Positions 29,676-40,844 of a stretch of 64,000 nt of DNA are shown piece by piece. This DNA comes from an uncultured cyanobacterium (GTDB taxonomy: Bacteria > Cyanobacteriota > Cyanobacteriia > Cyanobacteriales > CAWCAG01). The notes under the pieces were generated by a model. That model was not told the origin of the DNA. It made no database searches and was given only the letters and a program-made list of their open reading frames with translations. The DNA lies in assembly GCA_963793425.1 (NCBI GenBank), contig CAWCAG010000006.1:19199-83198 (forward strand), written 5' to 3'. Both the position numbers and the translations under genes were made by a program. The stretch's first letter is position 1. Each line of letters starts with the position of its first letter.

Positions 29676-29954
29676 TTAAGCGAAAAAAACTTCATCATCA
29701 ATGGCATAATCTGGTTTAAGCCCCAGAACGGTAACTTTATGGCGACAAGGTTTAGAAAGGGGATAGAATCTCAACTGATCCTCCTTGGCATTTAATAACT
29801 TGCTGAGCCTGGGTAGTAACTTTTCGTACTGACGTGTATTCAAAACCAGTTCAAACACAGACTTTTGCACTCGCAAACCGTAAGCTTCCAATAATTTGGA
29901 TACCCTAGTACGGCGACGGTCATCTACAATGTCGTAGCAAACTAAGTAAAACAT
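29676..29954 (-). CDS. cas2: CRISPR-associated Cas2
   Basis: YLVCYDIVDDRRR, GLRVQKSVFE, EDQLRFYPL. Confidence 0.95.
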   Translation of the reverse strand: MFYLVCYDIVDDRRRTRVSKLLEAYGLRVQKSVFELVLNTRQYEKLLPRLSKLLNAKEDQLRFYPLSKPCRHKVTVLGLKPDYAIDDEVFFA

Positions 29955-30097
29955 TAGATAAGTGATAGGTGACAAGCATTGGTGACAAGTTAAGCTGTTA
30001 TTCCATTGGTCAACTGTTTAGTCTTACGACAAGGCTAGCCTGCGGCAACGCTACGCGAAACGCGAATAGCTCTTAGCTTTTTTGTTCTGAATTCCTG

Positions 30098-30845
30098 TTA
30101 ACAGTCAAGAAAATTGGCGTGGCATAACATGGGACGATAGAATTCTCTGATGCCCATAATGCAAGCTAAGTACTCTTTGACCTGTAACTCAATACAATGA
30201 CGATAGGTCACTTCTCCTGTTCGTAGATGCTTAATGGGACTATCTAATTTTGCTTCCCAGGCTTTAATGAATTTCCGCAAAGGTAGGGGGTAGAGATGAA
30301 TTTCTCCTTCTTCATCAGGCGAAGTAAAATTAGAGTAATTAATAATGCGATCGCTAACCAATTGAAGGACGAAAGAATCAACTAAGACTGCCCCTAACTC
30401 CAGCATCAAATTTTTCTACAGAAGATAGTGTTTGTCTTGATTCTTTCTTACTGTTACCTACTGCCTGTTGCCTCTTGCTTGCTTCTCCAAGCAGTCCCTT
30501 GAGTAAATGAGAGCGATTATGACAACTAGCCCTTAAAAGACTTTCAGTTGTTTCCCAAGTAAACTCTGAATTCTGGCAGCATTGTAACTGCTTTTGCTGA
30601 TGCTTGATAGCAGTTTGCCCAGAACTATAATAGGGCTTTTCTTGTTCGAGGAAGAGTAGAGAAATATTGAGCGAACGCACTAACTTGAGAGCTTCTTGAG
30701 AAATATTCGTGTAGCCAAAGATAATGATTTCTTCGACTTTGGTAATAGCTACTTGGTAGGAAAAACTACGTGTAGGGAAAACATGAAAGTTCGTTTGGTC
30801 AGCCTTTAATAAGGCTCCCGGTTCGGGAATATAGAGAGTAGTCAT
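30098..30845 (-). pseudogene. cas1: Second, decayed cas1 paralogue (central deletion, frameshift and stop)
   Basis: N-term MTTLYIPEPGALL and C-term LVDSFV...YRHCIELQVKEYLAC...YRPM align by eye to the Cas1 part of 32562-34535; the catalytic middle is missing. Confidence 0.8.
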
Positions 30846-30937
30846 GTTCTAAAAAGATAAACAAGTAATAAGTAAAAGCCAGTATTTCTCCAGATAACTT
30901 GTTAGTTATTTCTGGGGTTGAACTTTTAACTTGCTTC

Positions 30938-31015
30938 CATCTTTTCAGTAGCTATATGAGTACTTGTATGAGTAAAAATAGAAAAGTATGAGTTGATATA
31001 TGAGTTTTATATGAC
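30938..31015 (-). promoter_or_regulatory. Promoter/operator with five TATGA(G/C) boxes upstream of the cas1'-cas2 operon
   Basis: Inverted homologue of 32468-32528. Confidence 0.6.
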
Positions 31016-31164
31016 TTAAAAAAAGCTAGAGAATTAATCTCTAGCTGGAGCGCTATTATCTTTGGGCTTTTAGCCGTTTGAGCATTTTTTTGCCCTTACT
31101 TCTGCTAATTCGGAAGCTGAGTTGACCGTTTTTGCTGCTACGTTGAACAACTTGAATAAAGCTT

Positions 31165-32169
31165 TCATCTAAAACAGGTTTGTTCCAGGATATTGAAGAA
31201 TTGACCAAAACCTGCATCTAAACAATGTTTTCCTAGCATTCCTCTTGATAAACCAGTTAAGTTCAGATTCTCGACAAAGATCATCCCTACACCGTCACAT
31301 AGTTGGTGTGATAGTTTTCTGTGCCAGTCTTTACGACAGTTAGCTATGTATTCATGTAGTTTGGCTACTTTCTTCTGGGCTTTTAACCAATTATTTGAGC
31401 CAATACGCTTTCTACTGACGCGCTTTTGCAGTGATTTCAACTTGCGTTGGGCGTTAATAAAAAACTTCGGGCGCTTGATTAAAAGACCATTGCTAGTAGC
31501 TACCATTGATAGTAGTCCTACATCTATGCCTATTGCTTCTCCGTGTGCTTTATGTTGTGGTGGCTCTACGTTCCATTGAATGGTTAGCATTACATACCAA
31601 CCTGAGATACGCTTGAGTATACGTGCTTGTTTAATTTTCCCTCCTTGAGGTATTTGACGAGAGGAGCGATATTTTACCCAACCTATTTTAGGTAGGTTAA
31701 TTTTGTTGTCCTTTATCTTTTCGTTTTTGATTTGAGGAAAGACAAAGGAGCGTATACGCCCAGCTTTTTTGAATCTGGGAAAGCCGTGATTTCTCTCCCA
31801 CATTGAGACGAAGGCTACTTCTATACGTTTTAAGGTTTGCTGCAATACTTGAGAGTGGACTTTTTTTAATTCAGGGTATTCTTTTTTGGCAGCAGTTAAT
31901 GATTTACATTGAGAGGCATAAGTTGGCCTTGGTGTTTCTGTGGGGATGATGTAGCACTTGTGAAGGCTGCAAGAGTTAATCGAACAGCTACGAGATTTGT
32001 ACCAATCTTTGCGTTGTGCTAGGGCGTAGTTATAGACGCGACGATTGATTTCTAACCAGTTTTCAAAGATGTTGGTTTGTTCTTTGTTTGGTTTTAGTTT
32101 ATATTCGTAGGTCAGGTTAAGCATTCTCTTCACCTCCAACGATTAAGTATACACTTATTGTCTGACACC
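31165..32169 (-). mobile_element. tnpB: IS200/IS605-family tnpB-only element, 3' truncated
   Basis: YEYKLKP, GFPRFKK, AIGIDVGL (RuvC-I), IFVENL (RuvC-II); stops before the Zn finger and RuvC-III. Confidence 0.88.
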
Positions 32170-32379
32170 TCAAGAGTTTGACAAAATAATCAGCTTTGCT
32201 GCCGCTACATCCCCATAAATAGAATTTAGGGGCTTTGCGGCAACTTTCGGTAAACGACTTAAAGCACATAATTGGGCTTTAGTAATCCCAGGTTGAGTTG
32301 CGATCGCTAGGAAAAGGATTTTCCTAACTCCGGAAAGAGGTTTCCGCAAAGGGTAATCCTGCTGCAACAACACTTTCAT
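32170..32379 (-). pseudogene. Possible small winged-helix gene disrupted by tnpB (remainder ~31056-31172)
   Basis: ILFLAIATQPGITKAQL helix pattern; downstream fragment DESFIQVV...GQLSFRISRSKGKKML. Confidence 0.4.
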
Positions 32380-32467
32380 AGTTACAGGGGGTGTATGACT
32401 ATCTATATGAGAAAATTTCGCTGACTAAATACGCTCCAAGCTTATAGCAAAGTTCAATCGTTTGAGA

Positions 32468-32528
32468 GCAACTCATACAACCCCTCCTGAAAAGTCATAT
32501 AAGTACTCATATAGCCCCTGAAAAGATG
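32468..32528 (+). promoter_or_regulatory. Promoter/operator with (C/G)TCATA boxes upstream of RT-cas1
   Basis: Reverse complement matches 30938-30995. Confidence 0.6.
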
Positions 32529-32561
32529 AAATAGAAGTAAATTACAGGGGAGATTTGATTA

Positions 32562-34535
32562 GTGCAAATTGAACCAATAGAACTAATAACGGCTTGGCAA
32601 CAAGTGCGTAATCGTAGTCCGGCAGCAGGGGTAGATGGTATTACCCTAGATTTGTTTGCAGGGGTAGCAAAGGAACAACTAAGAACTCTAAAACGAGAAC
32701 TGGAACGGGAATACTATCAAGCCAGTCCTGCCAAGGGTTTCTATTTGAAGAAAAAGAGTGGAGGTCAACGTTTAATTGGTATTCCTACAGTACGCGATCG
32801 CGTGGTACAAAGATTGACCCTCCAATCAATTTACCCCACCTTAGAAACAGAATTTCCCGCCCATAGTTATGGCTACCGTCCAGGGCATTCTGTACAAATG
32901 GCCATAGAACATTTCTCTGAATATTACCGAGAAAGACCAACTTGGGTAATTAAAGCAGATATAGCTCAGTTCTTCGATAGCCTTATTTGGGCCATTTTGC
33001 TGGAAAGTCTGGAAGATATTGCTGTAGAGCAGTTTTGGGGACAGCTTATTGCTGGGCAATTACAGGCGGGAATTAAGTTGCAAGGGCAGTGGTTTAACCC
33101 TGGTAAAGGGGTATTGCAAGGAGGCATTTTATCAGGTGCTTTAGCAAACCTTTACCTGAGTGAGTTTGACCGTTACTGTGCTGATTTTGGTATCCAAATT
33201 GTTCGTTATGGGGATGATTTTGTCATTGCCACTGGGGGTTTATTAGAGGCTACGAGGATTTTAGCCCAAGTGAGTCAGTGGTTGGAGGATATCTACTTAA
33301 CCCTACAACCAGAGAAAACCCACATTTTTGCTCCTAACGAGGAATTTGTTTTCCTTGGTTATAAATTTCAGGCTGGAGAAATTATTCCCCCTCCTTCCAA
33401 AAGCCGTAGTACTTCAAGGAAACCCAAACAAAAGCCAGCACCAGAATCTAGACCACCAAAAGCTTGTAGCATTCTCAAACCTTATTCCTACCACCATCAA
33501 GTTGACAGAGATTTTTACTGGAGCGACTCTATGACTACTCTTTATGTGACCGAACAGGGAGCCTATCTCAAGGTACGACACCAACAGTTTCAGGTTTTCT
33601 ACCACCGGGAATTACGCATCACTGTTCCTGTGAATCGGGTGAGCCATATTGTTCTGTTTGGTTGTTGTAATCTTTCCCACGGAGCAGTGCAACTGGCCTT
33701 AAAAAGACGTATTCCGGTAATGTATCTTTCTCATCAAGGGCGTTACTTTGGCCGTTTGCAAACCGATGGCATGGCAGAAATTGATTACCTCCTGCTGCAA
33801 ATGCAGCGTCACCAAGAGCCAGCCTTTCAACGTCGTCAGGCAGAAGCCATAGTTATGGCCAAACTACACAATTCCCGCAAGCTTCTACTACGGATGAACC
33901 GGAGCAAAAAGATTACTAAGGTGAACAAATCCGTTAATAAGATTGCCCAGATTATTGATAAGCTACCTTCAGCCAAATCGGTTGAGAGTTTGTTAGGTTA
34001 CGAAGGGCAGAGCGCTCATTTATACTACCAAGCCTTGGGAGTACTTTTTAATGGCAAGTTTACTTTTGAAAAGCGTACCCGTCGTCCTCCTACCGACCCC
34101 ATTAATAGTATGCTCAGTTTGGGTTATACTCTGTTGCACCAAAATGTTTTTTCTTTGGTACAAGCAGTAGGTTTACACACCCATTTTGGTAATCTCCATA
34201 CCCCCCGCCGTAATCATCCGGCTTTGGTTTCTGATTTAATCGAGGAGTTTCGCGCTCCAGTGGTGGATTCTTTTATTGCTTATTTGGTTAATTCCAAGAT
34301 TTTTAAGCAAGGGGATTTTACTCCGGCAGATCCAAGGGGTGGGGTTTATCTTCATCCTAGTTCTTTGCGGAAGTATCTTAAACACTGGCAGGAGAAGTTA
34401 CAGACTCAAGTTACCCATCCCCATACAGGTTATAAGGTAAGTTATTATCGTTGTTTGGAGTTACAGGTATGGGAGTATATTGCTTGTTTGAAGGGAGAGC
34501 AGGAGGTTTATCGACCAATGATGTGGAATATTTAG
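32562..34535 (+). CDS. cas1: Reverse transcriptase-Cas1 fusion
   Basis: RT: GVDG, IGIPTVRDRVVQ, KADIAQFFD, LQGG.LS..LANLYL, YGDD; Cas1: MTTLYVTEQG, LLGYEG, RRPPTDPINSMLS, GNLH, SDLIEEFR. Confidence 0.95.
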   Translation: MQIEPIELITAWQQVRNRSPAAGVDGITLDLFAGVAKEQLRTLKRELEREYYQASPAKGFYLKKKSGGQRLIGIPTVRDRVVQRLTLQSIYPTLETEFPAHSYGYRPGHSVQMAIEHFSEYYRERPTWVIKADIAQFFDSLIWAILLESLEDIAVEQFWGQLIAGQLQAGIKLQGQWFNPGKGVLQGGILSGALANLYLSEFDRYCADFGIQIVRYGDDFVIATGGLLEATRILAQVSQWLEDIYLTLQPEKTHIFAPNEEFVFLGYKFQAGEIIPPPSKSRSTSRKPKQKPAPESRPPKACSILKPYSYHHQVDRDFYWSDSMTTLYVTEQGAYLKVRHQQFQVFYHRELRITVPVNRVSHIVLFGCCNLSHGAVQLALKRRIPVMYLSHQGRYFGRLQTDGMAEIDYLLLQMQRHQEPAFQRRQAEAIVMAKLHNSRKLLLRMNRSKKITKVNKSVNKIAQIIDKLPSAKSVESLLGYEGQSAHLYYQALGVLFNGKFTFEKRTRRPPTDPINSMLSLGYTLLHQNVFSLVQAVGLHTHFGNLHTPRRNHPALVSDLIEEFRAPVVDSFIAYLVNSKIFKQGDFTPADPRGGVYLHPSSLRKYLKHWQEKLQTQVTHPHTGYKVSYYRCLELQVWEYIACLKGEQEVYRPMMWNI

Positions 34536-34584
34536 AATATCCAAGATGTTGTAGCTTTTAGCTCAGGGAGAAAATAGAAGGGGC

Positions 34585-34910
34585 AAAAAGTCAATATCAT
34601 AATGACATGGTTTTGACCCTGAATAGCTGCTAAGGTAGTGAGCAAAGATTTTTCACTTTTCGTAATCGCTCTATTTCTTGCTATTACTGAGTTTCAACCT
34701 GATTTTTTGTCCTTTTATTTAGGGGGGTCAAGGAATGGCTGAAATGTCCATTCTTTCGTTGACCCCCACAAATAGCCTTCTGAGTAAGAGTTCTAGCTGT
34801 TATGAGGTGGCATTTACTGCTAATTATTATCAATTATTTGAGGGGTGAGTTGACCCCCCTAAATTTGATGGTTTATAATGACCTCATACCAAAGCTTTCA
34901 TAAGCCGAGG
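34585..34910 (+). promoter_or_regulatory. CRISPR leader of array 1
   Basis: GGGGTC/GACCCC motif triplet; highly similar to the array 2 leader. Confidence 0.75.
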
Positions 34911-35384
34911 GGTTCACCAATTACCTAAATTGGTCTTGTTGGAAACGATCCAGCTTCAACAGTACCTAACAAGGTACTAAAGGCGTTGGTTCACCAATTA
35001 CCTAAATTGGTCTTGTTGGAAACATTTCCAAACTGTTCTAAACTGTATTGTTTAGAATCGGTTCACCAATTACCTAAATTGGTCTTGTTGGAAACAAATG
35101 TAACTTGATGAGCTACTTCTTCATCAGAAGGTTCACCAATTACCTAAATTGGTCTTGTTGGAAACATTGGTTCTGAAGAACAGGCAATTGAGAAATGGTA
35201 GGGTTCACCAATTACCTAAATTGGTCTTGTTGGAAACTTCAGTCTTTTAGCCGTTGCTAGAGTTCCAGACTAAAGGTTCACCAATTACCTAAATTGGTCT
35301 TGTTGGAAACTAAAATCCCTATCTTCATTGTGGCTGCCACATACAGGGGGTTCACCAATTACCTAAATTGGTCTTGTTGGAAAC
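34911..35384 (+). CRISPR. Array 1: 7 repeats, 6 spacers (34-41 nt)
   Basis: 36-nt repeat GGTTCACCAATTACCTAAATTGGTCTTGTTGGAAAC. Confidence 0.98.
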
Positions 35385-35446
35385 ACATTTCCTGATAAGG
35401 TGGGCATTGCCTGCCTTATTTATTTTTCCAGCAACAAAAAAGCCTC

Positions 35447-35863
35447 ATGCCAGCCAGAGACACATATCACAACAAAGCCAAAAACGCATTGCTTGTTGAT
35501 GGGTGGACAATCACCCACGACCCTTTGAGACTTGAGTGTGGGAACAAAGACTTTTATGTAGACTTGGGAGCTATGAAACTGATAGCAGCAGAAAAAGAAG
35601 AAAGGAAAATTGCTGTTGAAATTAAAAGTTTTGTCGGAAAATCTGATATTGAAGAATTAGAAAAAGCTTTGGGTCAATATGTCTTGTATTATGATGTTTT
35701 AGCAGAGCTAGAACCTGAACGTATCTTATATGTAGCAATTCCCCAAAGAACTTATCGAGACTTATTTGAAGAAAAAATTGGTAAACTACTCCTCAAAAAT
35801 CAACGTGTTAAACTTATAGTATTTGATGAGAATCAAGAGAGCATTGTCCAATGGGTAGTATGA
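35447..35863 (+). CDS. xisH: XisH family protein
   Basis: DGWTITHDP, VDLGA, IAVEIKSF, ALGQY. Confidence 0.92.
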   Translation: MPARDTYHNKAKNALLVDGWTITHDPLRLECGNKDFYVDLGAMKLIAAEKEERKIAVEIKSFVGKSDIEELEKALGQYVLYYDVLAELEPERILYVAIPQRTYRDLFEEKIGKLLLKNQRVKLIVFDENQESIVQWVV

Positions 35864-36225
35864 GCTTAGAACAAACCCAACAAATTATCGAAACAATACT
35901 CACTGAATATGCACAAATTCCCTACGCCTATCGTGATATTCAAACAGAAACCATTTTCGATAAAACCAATGGCCGCTACTTACTAGTAAATATGGGTTGG
36001 GAGGAAAATAAGAGGATTTATAGCACTCTTGTCCACATTGATATCATTGATGGCAAAATTTGGATTCAAAGGGATGGAACCGAAGATGGTATAGCCGAAG
36101 ACTTAGAAAGAGCAGGAGTTCCTAAAACTAGGATTATACTGGGTTTCCGTCCACCAGAAGTTAGGAAATATAGCGGCTATGGTACAGGAGTTGAAAATAC
36201 AAGGGAGCCTGTAACCCTAAGTTAG
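35860..36225 (+). CDS. xisI: XisI family protein
   Basis: HIDIIDGKIWIQRDGTEDGIA..L...GVPK..I.LGF. Confidence 0.92.
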   Translation: MSLEQTQQIIETILTEYAQIPYAYRDIQTETIFDKTNGRYLLVNMGWEENKRIYSTLVHIDIIDGKIWIQRDGTEDGIAEDLERAGVPKTRIILGFRPPEVRKYSGYGTGVENTREPVTLS

Positions 36226-36304
36226 CTTTGAGTATAGCCTGCGCCCTATAAATTAAGATAAAATCAAAAATAATACCCCCAAACTATCAACTGTCTTAAC
36301 TCAA

Positions 36305-39300
36305 ATGGCACGGTCGCTAAAAGCAACGAGTAAAGGAATCGAACGAGCCAAAGGAGCCTTGACAGAGAGGGGATTAACTCAAACAGCCTTAGTCAAAGAG
36401 TTAGAAATAGCTTCCTGGTCAACCATCAACAAATTCTTTAATGGCAAAGCTGTAGACCGAGGAATTTTCATCACAATTTGCGAAACCTTGGGTAAGGATT
36501 GGGAAGAAATCGCTACAGAAAAGCCCTTACAGTCGAATGAAGAAATAATTGAAAAAACTAAACTACTTCCTCAACCTTACTCTTCTAACCACAAAAATCT
36601 CAAGCAGAAAATAGATGACTACAGCATAGCTGCTAGAGAAGCTCTTAACCCTCGTATCTTAACCAGAATCGAACGCCCAGTAGTTCGGGAAAAATACCTC
36701 AGAGCTATTCAAAGGGGACTGAGGGGACAACAGCGTATTGTACCGATTATTGGCCCTGCTGGTTATGGTAAAAGCACTATCCTGGGTAATCTCTACGACT
36801 TACTTAAAAACAACCTTCCCCAGCAATCAATTTCTCCTGGTTGGCTAATTCTTAGCTTATGTAATAGTCTCGATCTCAATATAGCCTCTTCCTCAGAAAA
36901 TTAGCTCGTAGTTGGGGAGAAAGTGTAAGTGGTCAGAACAACTCGTTATTAGAAATTGTCACCCAACTAACAGCAGAGTATGGCAAAGGAGTTCTACTCA
37001 TTGATACCATTGACTTAGTAGTTAGTCGCTCCTTCGTCAATGGCTTTGGGGGATTGCTACGCCAGTTATTAGAACAAGATGTCACCGTAGTCTTTACCTG
37101 CCGTGACCATGAATACAATGATTTCCTAGAACCAACTCGAACTAAACTACCAGGTATAGCCTCTGCCATAGAACGCCATTTCGTCCCCGAATTTAGCCCT
37201 GCTGAAGTTAAGCAAGCTGCTAGCATCTTTGTAAAGAAACAAACTCACAACCTAAGCGACCACCAAGCTGACTTTGCCGAAAAAATCCTCACCCTCTCTG
37301 CTGATAGTCGCTCTCTCAAAGAGATTGTTTGCAATCCTTTGCTTTTGGCCTTGTTGTGTGACCTCTTTGCTAAAGATGGAAACGTCCCTCCGGATCTCAC
37401 TGTTAGCAAACTGTACCAACGCTACTGGGAAGAAAAAATAGTTTACAGTCGCTTTGACGACAGCCACTCATCATTACTGGCTTTGCAAAAAGAGAAAATC
37501 TGCCTTGATATTGCACAGGCTTTGTTTGCTATGTCGGTAAACAAGCTTTGTGAAGCAGCTTACTTAGATGAATTAGGGCTAGAACTAACTGAAACAACTG
37601 CTACTGCCTATGATGATTTGCTTAGTGAAGGAGTTTTGGAAAAGTTACCTTCTCAAAAAATTCACTTTTTCCACCAGACACTATTAGAATATGCGATCGC
37701 TTACTGGTTAACTCGTCATAGCTCTCAATCCCAACGTCAACAGCTACTTGCTACTCTTAAAGACAAAGAAAACTCCCATCAATATCATCATTGGTGGGCT
37801 GTCATTCGTCAACACTTGACTCTTGTAGAAGACCGAGAGTTTGAATCTTTACAGCAACAACTAAACTTAAATGACTTAGCTGCATTCGGTGCAGTAGCTT
37901 TTGCGGCTGCATCCCGTGAGCGCTCAGTAGCTTTAGCTAAACTCCTACCTACTGCTTTGGAGTTGGGCGCAGTCCATCAGAAAAGATTGCGTCAAGCCTT
38001 AGAGTCTGCCCCTCGACAGTTAACGGAAGAGGTTTGGCAAGTTGTCCTTGCTCTTTTAGAGAAAAGTAGCCACACCGTTGCTGTCAACACAGCTAAAACC
38101 GTAGGAGCATTGCTAGCCCAATGGTGGCAATCTTTTGGTAGTCACTGGGGTGAAGCCCTTGCTGCTATTGCTAGCAGAAAAATTGAAACGGTAGGTAAAA
38201 GAAACTTTGATGGGCGTTCAGAACTTTCTGGTTGGTTACTTCAACCCTGCTTACCTTTAATGAGTTCAGAACTCCAAGAAGAAGCACCACTTCATAGAAG
38301 AGAGCAGATATTACAGACAAAGCGGAGCAAGGAACTTTTAAATACTTTGAGACAATACTATCAGTATTTTGGTCAAAGAACTTGTATTGAAGTATTACAA
38401 CTCTATCAATTACCTGTAGTTCCCAAAGACTTACAGAGAAAGTTCCTGCCTCAATTGCTTGCAGAAGCAGTACCTCAGAATAAAAAGTTGGAGGCAGAGC
38501 TAACTAATTTTGTAGCGATTGTTCTACCCCAAGAAATCACTGTTACTGATTCACTTTTGGGAAATTCCTGGCTAGAAGTTCTTCATCGTGAGTATCCACT
38601 TAAAGTCAATATTGTCGTTGCTCTGGCTATAGGACGTAATGCGGCAAGAGAGCCGAAAATTCTACAGGAGATAATGACTGATAGTTTGGTTGGTGAACCC
38701 TATCATACTGGTCAAAACAATGCGGCCCTGACAGAAGCTTTACGTCAAGGGGCTGAAAATTTCTTTACTCGTTTCCTAATTACTCAACCCCAAGAAAAGG
38801 TGTTTCCCCAACGTTTGAGTGCTATGGTTAGTTTGCTCAATCACACTTCTAACTATTTCTCGCCAGCAAACCAAGAATCATTGATTCAGTGGTTACAACC
38901 TGTAGCAGAAAAGCATCTAGAAAAGTTTGTACCCCTTTTAGAAGACTGGGGTGATTCGTGCAAAACCGCTCAGCAGATTTTACAACAAGGTATTACTAGG
39001 TTGCCTGCTGTAAAGCAAAAAAAATATCAAGGTGCAGTTATTCGGTTTCTACCTTTGCAAGAACACCCTCCCCTCAACAACTTAGATAAAAAATCTCAGT
39101 TTTCTTTAGTGAAATTTTATCAACAACGGGCATCTACTTCTGTGGTTGCTCTAAACCAGCTATTTTTAGCAGTTAGAAGTAACTCCAAAAATGTTGCTAT
39201 TACTGCTTCTTGTGAGTTAGACCAAGTAGCTGGAGACAATCTAAAAGTAGCTCAGCTTTTACCTTTACTTAACTCTTCTTTAGCTGGAGTACGAAATAAT

Positions 39301-39903
39301 ATCTTTCAAGCTTTGCTTAATCTAAGTGAGGGTGGAGCAACTTTAACTGAAGAGCAGGTTATCGAAGTTTGTCAAATCCTCAAACAAGAAGATAACCAAG
39401 TAGTAGCTCGTCCTTTCTATCAATTGATAGCCTGTTGGACTTGGACTCATAAATCTGTACCTGATACTCTTTTAAAAACTATTGGTGCTATCCCACCTCG
39501 TTTAAGGGCTAAAGGGACTTTTGAAGGGGGAGTCACTAGAACAATCATTATTGCTTTCAGAGCGATCGCTAATACCCAAGCTCCTAATTTGATGCCTCAC
39601 TTAGGTTTGTGGACTCGTCAGATTTTGCTCTCAATTGATTTGATTCGTGTGCAAAACTCTGGCTCAGAAATGACGGATTTTTTGGTAGCTTTAGACCGTT
39701 TAGATAAAGCTTTTCTTTCTCAATTAGTCACTGAAGATGTAGCCAAGTTAGCCTCTCAAGATTGGCAGCATAATGTGATAACTATTGTTCGAGCGATTTA
39801 TAGGGTAGAAAGTCAGAGTTCTCCTTTACTAGCTGAAATTTTAGCAAGTGAATGGTGTCCTCTAGTAGTGCAAAATGCAATTTTGGAGATGTTAGGAGCT
39901 TGA
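36305..39903 (+). pseudogene. HTH-NACHT/STAND NTPase with a helical-repeat C-terminus, split by one frameshift at ~36896-36901
   Basis: Xre-like HTH; Walker A GPAGYGKST; Walker B VLLIDTID in the -1 frame; TCR, NPLLL, FFHQTLLEY. Confidence 0.8.
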
Positions 39904-39909
39904 GAATTG

Positions 39910-40238
39910 AAAAAAGTCAAGTTCGTTTTGACCTAACTTTTTTCCTAAATAGCTCCTAAACTGGAGATGAGACAAAAATGACGGTTTTGAAATTGTCCAA
40001 TATCCTGCTAAATCTAGCTTTTAGCTTAAAAAATTCCTTGCAAATCTGTGGGGGTCAGGGAATCGCTGAGAACCCTCATTCTTTCGTTGACCCCCACAAA
40101 TCTTCTTCTGGGTAAGAGTTCTAGTTATTATGAGGTGATATTTGTTGGGAAGTGTTCTCAATTATTTGGGGGTAAATTTGACCCCCCTAAATTTGATGGT
40201 TTATAATCTACTCATACCAAGGCTTTCATAAGCCAAGG
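39910..40238 (+). promoter_or_regulatory. CRISPR leader of array 2
   Basis: Homologous to the array 1 leader. Confidence 0.75.
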
Positions 40239-40840
40239 GGTTCACCAATTACCTAAATTGGTCTTGTTGGAAACAGAACAGCCTCTAATCCCAATAGTTA
40301 GCATTAGCTAAAGACTGGTTCACCAATTACCTAAATTGGTCTTGTTGGAAACTGTCACTGTGCCGATTTCTCCAACAGCAATTTTGAGGTTCACCAATTA
40401 CCTAAATTGGTCTTGTTGGAAACCTGGTGCAGCTCTATGTATGTTACTTTTCCATCTTGGTTCACCAATTACCTAAATTGGTCTTGTTGGAAACGTTCAG
40501 TCTTTTAGCCGTTGCTGTTCCAGACTAAAACAGGTTCACCAATTACCTAAATTGGTCTTGTTGGAAACTAGGCCATCCAGCCTGTCACCTTCGGAGAAGG
40601 CTTCGTGGTTCACCAATTACCTAAATTGGTCTTGTTGGAAACACTAACAGAGATAATTCTGAAGGGGGGATAGCTCTAAGGGTTCACCAATTACCTAAAT
40701 TGGTCTTGTTGGAAACTTCCTTTTTCACATTTTCCCCCGCCATTCGAGGTGGTTCACCAATTACCTAAATTAGTTTTGTTGGAAATAGCAAAAACAGGCG
40801 CAATGGGAGTTGCAACGATAGCCGGGTTGACCAATTACTT
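40239..40840 (+). CRISPR. Array 2: 8 repeats (8th degenerate) plus a partial 9th; 8 spacers
   Basis: Same 36-nt repeat as array 1; decay at the leader-distal end. Confidence 0.97.
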
Positions 40841-40844
40841 ATTC

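Noticed and set aside
31165..32139. TnpB as a Cas12f-like effector
   Set aside because: Truncated RuvC, IS-type left end, no adjacent array
32562..33530. Group II intron, retron or DGR reverse transcriptase
   Set aside because: Fused in frame to Cas1; no intron, msr-msd or TR/VR seen
34947..35129. Hairpins within array 1 spacers 1-3
   Set aside because: Short AT-rich stems; the antisense strands read as plausible coding sequence; chance not excluded
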